Shown here: positions 10,309 to 20,038 of the stretch, in pieces | How the letters are laid out: each line of letters starts with the position of its first letter | Numbering within the stretch: position 1 is the first letter of the stretch | Assembly (NCBI GenBank): GCA_963702025.1 | Contig: OY969699.1 | Coordinates: 512,001 to 576,000 of the forward strand | Source: an uncultured bacterium | GTDB taxonomy: Bacteria > Babelota > Babeliae > Babelales > Vermiphilaceae | Reading direction: 5' to 3' | Length of the DNA stretch: 64,000 nucleotides | The notes under the pieces: model-generated | Told to the model about the DNA's origin: nothing | What the model saw: only the letters and a program-made list of their open reading frames with translations | The model's database searches: none | Program-made: the position numbers and the translations under genes

Positions 10309-11513
10309 TGATTTTTTATTGTCTTCTCATCATTTTTCCATTAATGATTAACGCTGAATTTAAACTTGGCATTGAAAATATTCCTGATTCACTCATTAAA
10401 GAATATAAAGATAAGAAATTACGAGTAGGGCTCGTTACCAATCAAACCGGTTTAGATCAACAGGGAAATCGCAGCGTTGATATCCTATTAAAAAAGGGAT
10501 TTGAAGTAATTTATATTTTTGCTCCCGAACATGGTTTTAATGGAAAACTAGAAGCAGCAAAACCGGTAAATGATGAGCGGGATGCTAAAATACAGATCCC
10601 GATTATTAGTTTGTATGCGGGTGGTGACAAATCAAAAAAAATTGATCCCAATCTTCTTAAAGATTTGGATGCCATATTTGTTGATATTCAAGATTCGGGA
10701 ATGCGCCATTATACCTATATTGGATCATTATATGAAGTGCTCAAAGCTGCGGGTCTTGAAGGTAAAAGGGTGGTGGTCTTTGATAGGCAAAATCCACTGG
10801 GTAAAACTATGGAAGGTCCATTGGTTGATCCGCATCTAATTTCATTTATATCTATTGCGCCAATTCCGTTGCGGCATGGCATGACAATGGGAGAGTTGGC
10901 TGAATATTTTAATGAGTACGTGTTAGATAAAAAAGCATCACTTAAAGTGGTGCATATGAAAGATTATGATCGGAGTATTGGCCTTACCACCTTTAATGCG
11001 CCACTTTCTCCCAATATTGCATGCAAAGATTCTTGCTTGGGCTACTCATTTTTGGGTTTATTGGGCGAAGTGAAGCCGTTTGACGTTGGTGTTGGCACCT
11101 CTCATGCTTTTCAAGTGATCACTGTGCCCGAATCTTTACCTATTTTGCCAACAGTTTGGCAAAAGCTCTCTGCTGAACTTCAAAAATTGGGCATCGCTTC
11201 AACGCCTCATCGGTATTTTAATGAGCGAAAAAAGGAACATTATCACGGGTTACGATTAAATATTACCGATATTAATCAAGTGAATGCGTTTCATGCATTT
11301 TTAGTGACCGTTGCATTGCTCAAAAAAGTGGGAGTGAGTTTAGATTTTGCCGTTAATTTTGATAAAGCGGCCGGAAGCAATAAGGTGCGGCTATTTTTGC
11401 TGGGGCTAGTGAATTATCATGAACTGATAGAAGAAATAAAACACGGCCTGCAGACTTTTGTGCAAAAGGCGCAGACCGTGTTTAAATATTTCCCGCATCC
11501 GGAAATTATGTGA
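10305..11513 (+). CDS. Exo-beta-N-acetylmuramidase NamZ/DUF1343 family
   Basis: GLVTNQTG, FAPEHG, DIQDSGMRHYTY, RHGMTMGELA, SPNI motifs. Confidence 0.88.
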   Translation: MMIFYCLLIIFPLMINAEFKLGIENIPDSLIKEYKDKKLRVGLVTNQTGLDQQGNRSVDILLKKGFEVIYIFAPEHGFNGKLEAAKPVNDERDAKIQIPIISLYAGGDKSKKIDPNLLKDLDAIFVDIQDSGMRHYTYIGSLYEVLKAAGLEGKRVVVFDRQNPLGKTMEGPLVDPHLISFISIAPIPLRHGMTMGELAEYFNEYVLDKKASLKVVHMKDYDRSIGLTTFNAPLSPNIACKDSCLGYSFLGLLGEVKPFDVGVGTSHAFQVITVPESLPILPTVWQKLSAELQKLGIASTPHRYFNERKKEHYHGLRLNITDINQVNAFHAFLVTVALLKKVGVSLDFAVNFDKAAGSNKVRLFLLGLVNYHELIEEIKHGLQTFVQKAQTVFKYFPHPEIM

Positions 11514-12125
11514 TCATTGTATAATAAGCGGCTCCAAATCTTTTCCGGTTACTTCACGTTCAAATTGCCTCGCTCTATAGTGTATAACTGAACCGGCAAT
11601 AATATATTCCACCTCCGCTTCACTTATCTCTTTATTTTCAAGCAGAGTTTGCTTAACGCTTGTATTGCCGACTGAAATTTGTTTTTTTTCAATCAAATAA
11701 TTAAGCATTAAATTAATATATTTAGCGCCATAACAATTCCACGCAACCGGCTCATGAGTGTTTTCTTTTAAATTAGCCAAAGCATCCTTAAAATCAGGTT
11801 GCTGCCAAACGTAATCTTGTAGCTCTTCGATTTTTTTCATGATTTCTTCTTTTTCCAATTCTTTTTTTACCAGGTCTTTTTCATATTCAGCACAAAAGCG
11901 ATAGGCGGCAAGTAAATTATTATCGTGATGATTTTCTAATTGTTCGCCAATTTTTACTATCTTTTTTTTGTTCGCAATGAACTCATCCAATGCTTTTCCA
12001 TCAAGTTGTATGCGCACTTTGCGTGCTTGGTGAAACTCATTAATAGTCATTTCATGGCCACTATTTTGCGCCATTGAGATGATGGCCAATGGCAGTAAAG
12101 AAATTAATCCAAGTGCTAATTTCAT
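11514..12125 (-). CDS. Secreted hypothetical protein
   Basis: AAGGAG RBS, signal peptide ..IISMAQ, coiled-coil-like region. Confidence 0.65.
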   Translation of the reverse strand: MKLALGLISLLPLAIISMAQNSGHEMTINEFHQARKVRIQLDGKALDEFIANKKKIVKIGEQLENHHDNNLLAAYRFCAEYEKDLVKKELEKEEIMKKIEELQDYVWQQPDFKDALANLKENTHEPVAWNCYGAKYINLMLNYLIEKKQISVGNTSVKQTLLENKEISEAEVEYIIAGSVIHYRARQFEREVTGKDLEPLIIQ

Positions 12126-12135
12126 TTTTTGCTCC

Positions 12136-12768
12136 TTACTTAAACCACGCGCGAACGGTGTCCACTGCATCCGTTAGAAAATCTTTTACCGATTGGTATG
12201 CTCTGCTAAAAAAATCTTGCACTTGGCTGTTACAGGCGACTGGTTTTTCTTCCGCTTTTTCAACTTGTTGAGTTGCTTGGGCCGATTCTTTTGATGGTTG
12301 CACTGTTTCTTGAGCTGATTCTTTTGCCGCTATGGCTGTCGTGGCCTCTTTTGAAACTTGTGGTGGTGCTTGGGCGGGTTCGCCTGCCATTTTTACAATA
12401 TCACTGCGCAGTGTTTCGGAATACCCTACTTGTTTATCGATTAATTTGCCATTTTTGAAAAACAAGATTGTGGGTAATTGGTTTGCGCCGTATCGTTGGG
12501 CAAGCGTTGGATTCATATCAACATCAAGTGTTGCAAAAGTAATATTGTTTAATGATGCATCGTTTGATAACGATCTAAAAGGGCCTTCAGATTGAACACA
12601 GTAAATGCACCATTTTGCCCCCGCTTTAACTACCGCTAAATTAGGTTTTTTTAAGATTTCTGATTCAAATTGACCCTCATTGGTGATGGTTATGGTGCTG
12701 CATTGGGTGGCGGCATAAAAAGAGAGGGCAAGCATAAGTGTATTTTTGGTTATGCTTATATTTTTCAT
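12136..12768 (-). CDS. Exported thioredoxin with low-complexity tail
   Basis: WCIYC active site, LPT cis-Pro, signal peptide. Confidence 0.85.
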   Translation of the reverse strand: MKNISITKNTLMLALSFYAATQCSTITITNEGQFESEILKKPNLAVVKAGAKWCIYCVQSEGPFRSLSNDASLNNITFATLDVDMNPTLAQRYGANQLPTILFFKNGKLIDKQVGYSETLRSDIVKMAGEPAQAPPQVSKEATTAIAAKESAQETVQPSKESAQATQQVEKAEEKPVACNSQVQDFFSRAYQSVKDFLTDAVDTVRAWFK

Positions 12769-12810
12769 AGGATTTCCTTTTTTTTGAAATGGTTGAAATC
12801 GACTTTTCAA

Positions 12811-12895
12811 AATGCTTCGACTCAGCCTTCGCTAAAGCTTCGGCGGGCAGGCTGGGCGTTTACTCCTGAGTTCTCCGAAGGCTCAGCACGAACGG
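12811..12895 (-). repeat. Palindromic element, composite type (near-twin of the tkt insert)
   Basis: Reverse complement ccgttcgtgctgagccttcgg..ctcaggagtaaacgcccagcctgcccgccgaagctttagcgaaggctgagtcgaagca. Confidence 0.85.
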
Positions 12896-13308
12896 AACTA
12901 AATCTGTGAGTGAGGAGAATCAAGTCGAATTATATGGGCGTCATCATCAAAATAAATTATTAAGTATCCTAACATAATAAATGGACATCCTGTCAATAGG
13001 CATAAAATTGCTGATAGTTTTTTTTGATGGTTAAAAAATAGGTAGAGGATATACCGATAAAAATCATGTGTGTCAAAAATTTTTGATTTTTTTTGTTGTA
13101 ACCGGATGACTAACAAGAAGTTCCCTTTTTATTTGCAATATGAAAATAATAGTTTGCTTTCTCAAATAAAAAATGAAGAATATATAGATTCAAAAAAAAA
13201 TAAAAAAATGATTGATTCTACAAGATCAAACCGTTACATTATGAGATAAGTATTTATAATAGCTTTTTCATATAGAAATCATTTTTATATTTTAAGAAGT
13301 CAATTTGT

Positions 13309-13380
13309 GTGCGCATGGACGGTATAACCACCGTGAGCTCTTCAAGAGCTAGCCAACATTCGTAAAGGCCATTCGCACCA
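13309..13380 (+). ncRNA. Putative structured leader RNA (cloverleaf) upstream of nrdA
   Basis: GC-rich island: closing stem gtgcgcatgg/ccattcgcac enclosing three hairpins, followed by T7. Confidence 0.5.
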
Positions 13381-13417
13381 TTTTTTTCCGCAAAATAAGA
13401 ATGATTGAGAATCTCGG

Positions 13418-16009
13418 GTGGAAAACGAAAGGGTTGCCATGGAAGCTCAAAGGAACACTATGCGTCAAATGTACGGTACGTTTGATCAAATTAATAGCAA
13501 AGAGTTTAACGAAAAGGTTGATCGTATATCGCGGGTAAAATCGCCTGACGGTACATTTTTATCATTTAATATTAATAAATTGCGCGCTGCTATTGAGTGG
13601 GCCATTACTGGACACGAAAAAGATGCATCGGCCGATGTTATTTTGCACGAAGTTATTAATACTATATTTGATGGCGTATCAGCAGTAGAAATTGCCGATG
13701 CGTTGATCATGGCATCCTCATCTTATATTGAATTTGATCCGGCATATAATTATGTTGCCGCTCAATTATCACTTAAAAAATTGTTCAAAGAAGTAACTGG
13801 TGTGAGTATACGGTCCCACGCATACGAGCATTTATACCGAAAATCATTTATTGCCAGCATCAAAGATGGTGTTGAGGCCGGTGTTCTTGATAAGAGATTG
13901 CTGGAATTTGATCTTGAGCAACTGGCAGCACATTTGCATTTGGAGCGTGATGCATTATTTGAGTATATGGGTCTTAAAACGCTCAATGAACGTTATTTTA
14001 ATAAAATTGAAACACGTCGCATGGAGCTGCCGCAAGCATTTTGGATGCGAGTGGCTATGGGCATTTCATTAAACGAACCAAATAAAAATGAGGCGGCAGT
14101 ATCTTTCTATAATCTTATTTCTACCATGCGCTATGTGCCCAGCACGCCGACTCTTTTCCATTCAGGTTTGCTCAGACCGCAATTAAGCTCTTGCTTTTTA
14201 TCAACCGTTGAAGATGATTTGAAGCATATTTTTAAAGTCTATCTTGATAATGCGCTTCTTTCTAAATTCTCCGGCGGCGTTGCCAATGATTGGAGCAATT
14301 TGCGTGCCACTGGCGCCATGATTAAAACAATCAATACCGAAAGTCTTGGTGTTATTCCATTTTTAAAAATTGCTAATGATGTAACAGCGGCAATCAACCG
14401 CAGTGGCAGACGTCGCGGCGCCACCTGTGTCTATTTAGAAATCTGGCATATGGATTATGAAGACTTTTTAGACTTACGACGCAATACCGGTGATGAACGT
14501 CGCCGTGCGCATGAAATCAATACCGCAAGCTGGATACCTGATCTTTTTATGAAACGGTTGCTGAATGATGAAAAATGGACATTCTTTTCGCCCGAAGAGG
14601 CGCCTGATCTGCATCATTTATATGGAAAAAAGTTTGAAGAACGGTATGTGCACTATGAACAAATGGCAGCACGAGGTGAAATTAAACTGTTCAAAGTGAT
14701 ACAAGCAAGCGTGCTTTGGCGAAAAATGCTCAGTCGTCTTTTTGAAACGGGTCATCCATGGATCACTTTTAAAGACGCAGGCAATATTCGATCGCCACAA
14801 GATCATGCGGGCGTGGTTCACTCTTCTAATCTGTGCACCGAAATTTTCCTAAATACTTCAGCTGATGAAACAGCGGTATGTAATTTAGGATCAGTTAATT
14901 TAGCAGAACATATTACCGCTGATGGCAAGTTGGACGAGGAAAAAATCGGGCAGACGGTATCTCTTGCAGTTCGCATGCTTGATAACGTTATTGATATTAA
15001 CTACTATCCAACCGTTGAAGCAAAAAATTCAAATTTGCGCCATCGCCCTATTGGGCTTGGTATTATGGGATTGCAGGATGCATTATATAAGCTCAATGTT
15101 CATTTTGCCACGTCGCAAGCGCTTGAAGTTTCCGATTATATTATGGAAACGGTTGCTTATTATGCAATTCTTGCCTCATCACAATTGGCAAAAGAGCGTG
15201 GGGCCTACCAATCATTCAAAGGTTCAAAGTGGGATAGAAATATTTTCCCTCAAGATACCATTGCTTTGCTTGAGCAAGAACGGGGTATGGAGATTCCTAT
15301 CTATAAATTAGGAAAGCTCGATTGGTCCCCGGTACGCCGCAGTGTGCAAGAATATGGCATGAGAAATTCTAATTGCATGGCGATTGCGCCAACGGCAACC
15401 ATTTCTAATATTGTCGGTTGTTTTCCGTGCATAGAGCCGATTTACAAAAACTTATATGTCAAAGCAAATATGAGCGGTGAATTTACCATCGTTAATAAAT
15501 ATTTGATTGAAGATCTTAAATCTCTGGGTCTTTGGAATCATGAAATGCTTCAGCTGCTTAAATATTATGATGGCAGTGTTCAGATGATTGAACAGGTTCC
15601 GGCACATTTGCGTGAAAAATATAAAGAAGTCTTTGAAATTGACGCTGAATGGCTTATTGAGATGACTGCTGCTCGCGGTAAATGGATAGACCAGAGCCAA
15701 TCACACAATGTCTTTATGCGCGGCGTTTCGGGTAAAAAACTGAATGATATTTATATTAAAGCGTGGCGCTTGGGGCTCAAGAGCACCTATTATTTAAGAT
15801 CGTTGGGCGCATCACAGATTGAGAAATCAACACTTGATGCCAAAAAGTTCGGCTATACTCAAAAACGTGAATATGGCACCATTGATTCGAATGCATCCGA
15901 AGTGGCGCAAGAGATGAGCGTTGTTGCCGATACGGCAGATGAAATAGAGTTGATGCCGGCTACTGCTTGTAGTATTTCATCCGATCCGGATTGTGAAGTG
16001 TGTCAATAG
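13418..16009 (+). CDS. nrdA: Ribonucleotide reductase alpha subunit with ATP cone
   Basis: PSTPTLF, QLSSCF, SNLCTEI, CNLGS, IAPTATIS, KSTYYLR motifs and C-terminal CxxC; start may be ATG at 13439. Confidence 0.96.
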   Translation: MENERVAMEAQRNTMRQMYGTFDQINSKEFNEKVDRISRVKSPDGTFLSFNINKLRAAIEWAITGHEKDASADVILHEVINTIFDGVSAVEIADALIMASSSYIEFDPAYNYVAAQLSLKKLFKEVTGVSIRSHAYEHLYRKSFIASIKDGVEAGVLDKRLLEFDLEQLAAHLHLERDALFEYMGLKTLNERYFNKIETRRMELPQAFWMRVAMGISLNEPNKNEAAVSFYNLISTMRYVPSTPTLFHSGLLRPQLSSCFLSTVEDDLKHIFKVYLDNALLSKFSGGVANDWSNLRATGAMIKTINTESLGVIPFLKIANDVTAAINRSGRRRGATCVYLEIWHMDYEDFLDLRRNTGDERRRAHEINTASWIPDLFMKRLLNDEKWTFFSPEEAPDLHHLYGKKFEERYVHYEQMAARGEIKLFKVIQASVLWRKMLSRLFETGHPWITFKDAGNIRSPQDHAGVVHSSNLCTEIFLNTSADETAVCNLGSVNLAEHITADGKLDEEKIGQTVSLAVRMLDNVIDINYYPTVEAKNSNLRHRPIGLGIMGLQDALYKLNVHFATSQALEVSDYIMETVAYYAILASSQLAKERGAYQSFKGSKWDRNIFPQDTIALLEQERGMEIPIYKLGKLDWSPVRRSVQEYGMRNSNCMAIAPTATISNIVGCFPCIEPIYKNLYVKANMSGEFTIVNKYLIEDLKSLGLWNHEMLQLLKYYDGSVQMIEQVPAHLREKYKEVFEIDAEWLIEMTAARGKWIDQSQSHNVFMRGVSGKKLNDIYIKAWRLGLKSTYYLRSLGASQIEKSTLDAKKFGYTQKREYGTIDSNASEVAQEMSVVADTADEIELMPATACSISSDPDCEVCQ

Positions 16010-16139
16010 TTCGAGACGCCACTGCGTGCTCCTCACTATGAAATGGAAAGAATTAATATTATTTAAATAAATATTCGATAAATCAGGATGATGGATTTCC
16101 ATCTCATCCTGAGGAGCGCTAAAAGCGCGTCTCGAAGGA
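16007..16139. repeat. Palindromic element pair between nrdA and nrdB
   Basis: ttcgagacg..ctcctcactatgaaatggaaa is inverted against tttccatctcatcctgaggag..cgtctcgaagga. Confidence 0.75.
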
Positions 16140-16152
16140 TAAAGGAACAATT

Positions 16153-17157
16153 ATGGCAAAAAAAGGCCTCTTAAATAATTCAACCGTAGATCCTAATAAA
16201 ATTCTTCCTATGACCTATTTATGGGCGCGCCAACATTATAAAGATGGCGTTGCCAATAATTGGACCCCGGAAGAAGTTTCCATGCAACGTGACGTTGAGC
16301 ATTGGAAATCGCCGACGGTGTTAAGCGAAACCGAACGGCGTATGATTATTTATAATTTAGGGTTCTTTTCTACCGCAGAATCATTAACGGCAAATAATCT
16401 GGTATTGGCTGTTTACAAACATGTCACCAATCCTGAATGTCGCCAATATCTATTGCGCCAGGCTTTTGAGGAGGCAATACATACCGATACATTTATTTAT
16501 TGTTGTGATTCATTGGGCCTCAACCCTGATGATATTTATAATATGTATCAGACCATTCCTTCAATTAAGGAAAAAGATGATTTTGTTATTCAATTAACCA
16601 CTTCATTATTTGATCCATCATTTGCGCCCATTGGTGTTCCTAATATTCAGCAATTCTTGCATGATTTAATTGGTTATTATGTGATCATGGAAGGAATTTT
16701 CTTTTATGCCGGTTTTGCTATGATGCTCGCATTAAAACGGCAAGGTAAAATGATTGGCATTGGTGAGCAGTTTGAATATATTATGCGCGATGAGAGCCTT
16801 CATTTGGCTTTTGGGTGCGATTTAATCAACACCATTAAGGCTGAAAATCCGCAGGTATGGACACCGGAATTTCAAGAAGATATTGTTGAGCTGATTAAGC
16901 ACGCGGTAACGCTTGAAAAGAAATACGCTATTGATGCGTGCCCGCAGGGCGTTCTTGGCATTAATCCGGAACAGTTTTGTGAGTATGTTGAGTATATTGC
17001 CGATCGACGCTTGGAGCGGATCGATTTACCAAAAGTATACGGCACCATAAATCCATTCCCTTGGATGTCACAAGCGGTGGATTTGAATAAAGAGAAGAAT
17101 TTCTTTGAAACACGGGTAACCGAATACCAATCGGCCGGTTCATTGGAATGGGAATAA
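16153..17157 (+). CDS. nrdB: Ribonucleotide reductase beta subunit, class Ic (Mn/Fe) type
   Basis: FFSTAESL, EEAIHTDTF, EGIFFY, RDESLH, NFFETRVTEY motifs. Confidence 0.95.
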   Translation: MAKKGLLNNSTVDPNKILPMTYLWARQHYKDGVANNWTPEEVSMQRDVEHWKSPTVLSETERRMIIYNLGFFSTAESLTANNLVLAVYKHVTNPECRQYLLRQAFEEAIHTDTFIYCCDSLGLNPDDIYNMYQTIPSIKEKDDFVIQLTTSLFDPSFAPIGVPNIQQFLHDLIGYYVIMEGIFFYAGFAMMLALKRQGKMIGIGEQFEYIMRDESLHLAFGCDLINTIKAENPQVWTPEFQEDIVELIKHAVTLEKKYAIDACPQGVLGINPEQFCEYVEYIADRRLERIDLPKVYGTINPFPWMSQAVDLNKEKNFFETRVTEYQSAGSLEWE

Positions 17158-17179
17158 TTATTCTATTCTTCGATGGAAT

Positions 17180-17211
17180 AAAAAAAGGGCAGCTTCTAAT
17201 GGCTGCCCTTT
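17180..17211. terminator. Terminator between convergent genes
   Basis: aaaaaaa-gggcagc-ttctaatg-gctgccc-ttt. Confidence 0.8.
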
Positions 17212-17228
17212 AGTCTTGTTTAAAAAAT

Positions 17229-17513
17229 TTACTTTTTATTATACCATTCCACGAGTGGGTTGATTACGGCATCTTTATATTGCCGTGCTGCAATGATGGA
17301 AACTGCTAAGCCTGCGATGGCTACATGTGGTCTATGTTTACAAAAATCAATAACAGTTTTACTATTTTGAATTGCCTGAATTATTAGTTCGCCGCCAATT
17401 AATGTAGTTACGGCACCAATTATGAGAGCTTTATCTTTTTGATCAAATGCTTTTGCCGGATTGATAGGGCAGAGTAAAAAAGCGCCGGTAAGTAGTAGAG
17501 TAATTTTTTTCAT
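17229..17513 (-). CDS. Small secreted/membrane hypothetical protein
   Basis: AAGGA RBS, AKA signal cleavage site, two hydrophobic segments. Confidence 0.6.
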   Translation of the reverse strand: MKKITLLLTGAFLLCPINPAKAFDQKDKALIIGAVTTLIGGELIIQAIQNSKTVIDFCKHRPHVAIAGLAVSIIAARQYKDAVINPLVEWYNKK

Positions 17514-17592
17514 AAAATTCCTTATATAAATGTAAATAGTTAGTTTATCGTTATTATGATACCGTTATTTATAAAAAGATAAACCAACTATT

Positions 17593-18357
17593 TTACTTAC
17601 CGCACACCGCTGGGCTTTCAAAAGCGACACCTAGCGAAATGAGATCCTGCTCAAGTTGTGCGGGATTTTTAAAATGAATACTGATAATCCCGGGAACTTT
17701 TTTTGCTCCTTCAGCATTTTCTAATTTATCATCGGTAAAGATGATATGGGTAAATTTGCCCGGAAATTGTTTGTTAATATAGGTAATTAAATTCTGATAA
17801 TATTCTGGTGATGGTTTTTGAAAAAAGGTGCCATCAGCTTTTTTATTGAGTTCATTTGTTGCAACAAAAAAGAAATTTCTAGAAAATTGCCCGGGCAAGG
17901 TTTTATTATCGACCAACCCCAAATAGGTGCTGGTGGTCATATTTGATGCCGCAACTATGCTATACCCATTTTTAGTTAATTTATTAATAATCAGCTTCGT
18001 GCCCTCAATTTGTGGTGCAGAGATTACTGCTTTCTGGAAGGCGAGCGCCTTCTCTTTTAACGCGGGGTATTCTTCAATTGTTTTAGTAATAATGGGAGAA
18101 GCATCGGAAAGATGGTATTTTTTCGCTGTTTCATCAATTGCTTGTGCCAATTCAGGATTCTCTTTAAGAATTTTTTTATATCCCGGTTCTCTGCCGGTCA
18201 GAACTACCTCATCAATATCAAAGGCAAAAATTGTTTTGGCCGGATCAAGATGAGCAATCGATGGGGTGAATATAATCGGTTGAAATTGCGGCTGTTCCAT
18301 GCCCATAACTGGCAGTGCGATGGCAAAAAGCAGACTTAATAATACTTTTCTAAACAT
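17593..18357 (-). CDS. Secreted HAD-superfamily hydrolase
   Basis: FDIDEV motif I, ASN, KP, FTDD..EN; signal peptide ..VMGMEQ. Confidence 0.8.
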   Translation of the reverse strand: MFRKVLLSLLFAIALPVMGMEQPQFQPIIFTPSIAHLDPAKTIFAFDIDEVVLTGREPGYKKILKENPELAQAIDETAKKYHLSDASPIITKTIEEYPALKEKALAFQKAVISAPQIEGTKLIINKLTKNGYSIVAASNMTTSTYLGLVDNKTLPGQFSRNFFFVATNELNKKADGTFFQKPSPEYYQNLITYINKQFPGKFTHIIFTDDKLENAEGAKKVPGIISIHFKNPAQLEQDLISLGVAFESPAVCGK

Positions 18358-18585
18358 ACATTACTCCACATAACATTATAAAAAATATATTAATTTCATA
18401 ATATCAAATAGTAAAATAATTTGTCAAGTTTCGCTGATTGCATTTTAACAATTAGTAGAAAGTTTCGATCATATTTTAGTCGTTAAAAAGCATGAGGAAT
18501 TAACCAAAAAATGCAGTTTATTGATTTTCATGTTTGTAATTTTTTAAAGTAACGATAGGGTTAGGAATTTTAAAAAGGGATACGT

Positions 18586-19527
18586 ATGAAAAAATTGATA
18601 TTGTTTGTTGCGGTATTCACTCTTTCTTCATTACAGGGTATGGAATTACAGCCAGCCGCATTTAAATCAAGTGTGTCAAGTCCAAACGCCTTAGAAAGTG
18701 GTAATGCGCAGAAAGAAAAAAATCGTGAGTCGATACAAAGTAATAATCCGCCGCTTAAACAAGAGCAGATTGCACTGGTAGAACAACAAAGTGGCAATAA
18801 GCACGAGTTTATTATTGTGCATTCTATAAAAGAGCTTGAAGAATTAGAAAAAGAGAATGAACAAAATAATAAATTGGCAGTAAATGATTCGCAAAAAAAA
18901 CGTTTGTCGGTTATTGTAATGTCGAATCTTGATATGGATCAAATTGCAAAATCTGAACAAAAATTGGATGCAATTTCTGAAAACCCCAGCGAAGAAGAAT
19001 TCATTGCATTTGCAGATTTTTTTCAACAATTTACCCATCGCAATGTGGCTCGAGTGCAAAAACCATTTGCTCAAAAAATAAAGGAGATACACCAAACGCC
19101 ACCCGATTCGCCAAAAATGTCTTCCGCGGAGTTAAGGAAATTAAAAGACGCGTATCTTGTATTTCAGCAAGTCTATAAGCAACAGCAGTCGACCAGTCGC
19201 GAGATAGAAACAGCACGGAATGATCAAGAAGTAAAAAGAAATAATCCTATTAATAACGATAATAAAAAAGCTCTCATTAACAAAGCGCGTACACCCAACA
19301 AACCCGATGAATGGCTTACCAATCATCCGCAGCTCAGGGAATGCGTTTCAGTATTAGAAGATGTTGCTGGCCAATTAATAGATCAGGAGCTTGAGACCAC
19401 TACTAATGATCTTGCCGCATCGAAAACAACGCAAAAAAAGACAGTTTGGGGTGGCATTGGCGCTACGTTACTCACCAGTGGCGTTACCGCATTAATTACT
19501 TGGTTAGGCACCAAAAAGAGCTGTTAA
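18586..19527 (+). CDS. Secreted hypothetical protein with C-terminal TM helix
   Basis: Signal peptide ..LQGMEL; C-terminal hydrophobic helix then KKSC. Confidence 0.7.
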   Translation: MKKLILFVAVFTLSSLQGMELQPAAFKSSVSSPNALESGNAQKEKNRESIQSNNPPLKQEQIALVEQQSGNKHEFIIVHSIKELEELEKENEQNNKLAVNDSQKKRLSVIVMSNLDMDQIAKSEQKLDAISENPSEEEFIAFADFFQQFTHRNVARVQKPFAQKIKEIHQTPPDSPKMSSAELRKLKDAYLVFQQVYKQQQSTSREIETARNDQEVKRNNPINNDNKKALINKARTPNKPDEWLTNHPQLRECVSVLEDVAGQLIDQELETTTNDLAASKTTQKKTVWGGIGATLLTSGVTALITWLGTKKSC

Positions 19528-19941
19528 TTACAGATCAAAAGTTTCAATAATGATCTGCTTAAGTTGGTGCTTATTGTGATGGCCGGGAAAGCGGGCAATA
19601 GGTTGTCCATCAACAAATAATATGATGGTGGGAAGACTGCGAATATTAAATTCATGAGAAAGATCCCAATGCTTTTCAGTATCCACCTTCACAAATAAAA
19701 TGTCGGCCAATTCTCTGTCTTGCGCCAGGGCATCAAACACTTTATGCATCGCAAGGCAGGGATGGCACCAATCAGCGTAAAAATCAACTACGGCAAGATC
19801 ATACCGCGTTACCATTTCGTGGAAGTTTTTGGCGTTGCCGGGCGTGTAAAGTTGACCTCTGGTGATGATCTGACCGGTAGAAAATGCCAAAGTGGTAGCG
19901 GTAAGTACAAGAATAAAAAAAAGATTTCGTAGAGCGCTCAT
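19528..19941 (-). CDS. Exported thioredoxin
   Basis: DFYADWCHPC, SLPT motifs, signal peptide. Confidence 0.88.
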   Translation of the reverse strand: MSALRNLFFILVLTATTLAFSTGQIITRGQLYTPGNAKNFHEMVTRYDLAVVDFYADWCHPCLAMHKVFDALAQDRELADILFVKVDTEKHWDLSHEFNIRSLPTIILFVDGQPIARFPGHHNKHQLKQIIIETFDL

Positions 19942-20038
19942 TACGTTCTCCTCGATTAACGATTCTTGTAGATACTAACTATTTATTAGTATGAAGGGGA
20001 AGAAAATTTCATTTGATTTAGCATGAACTGAGAAAAAG

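Noticed and set aside
13311..13380. Canonical tRNA-Sec or tRNA-Trp(UCA)
   Set aside because: T-arm does not form a 5-bp stem and there is no long variable arm. TGA acts as a normal stop in many genes here. Kept only as a tRNA-like structure.
16105..16139. Hammerhead-like core (CUGAGGA..stem..CGAA) in the nrdA-nrdB spacer
   Set aside because: No GAAA directly after stem II and no stems I/III with a cleavage triplet; better explained as a repeat-family unit.
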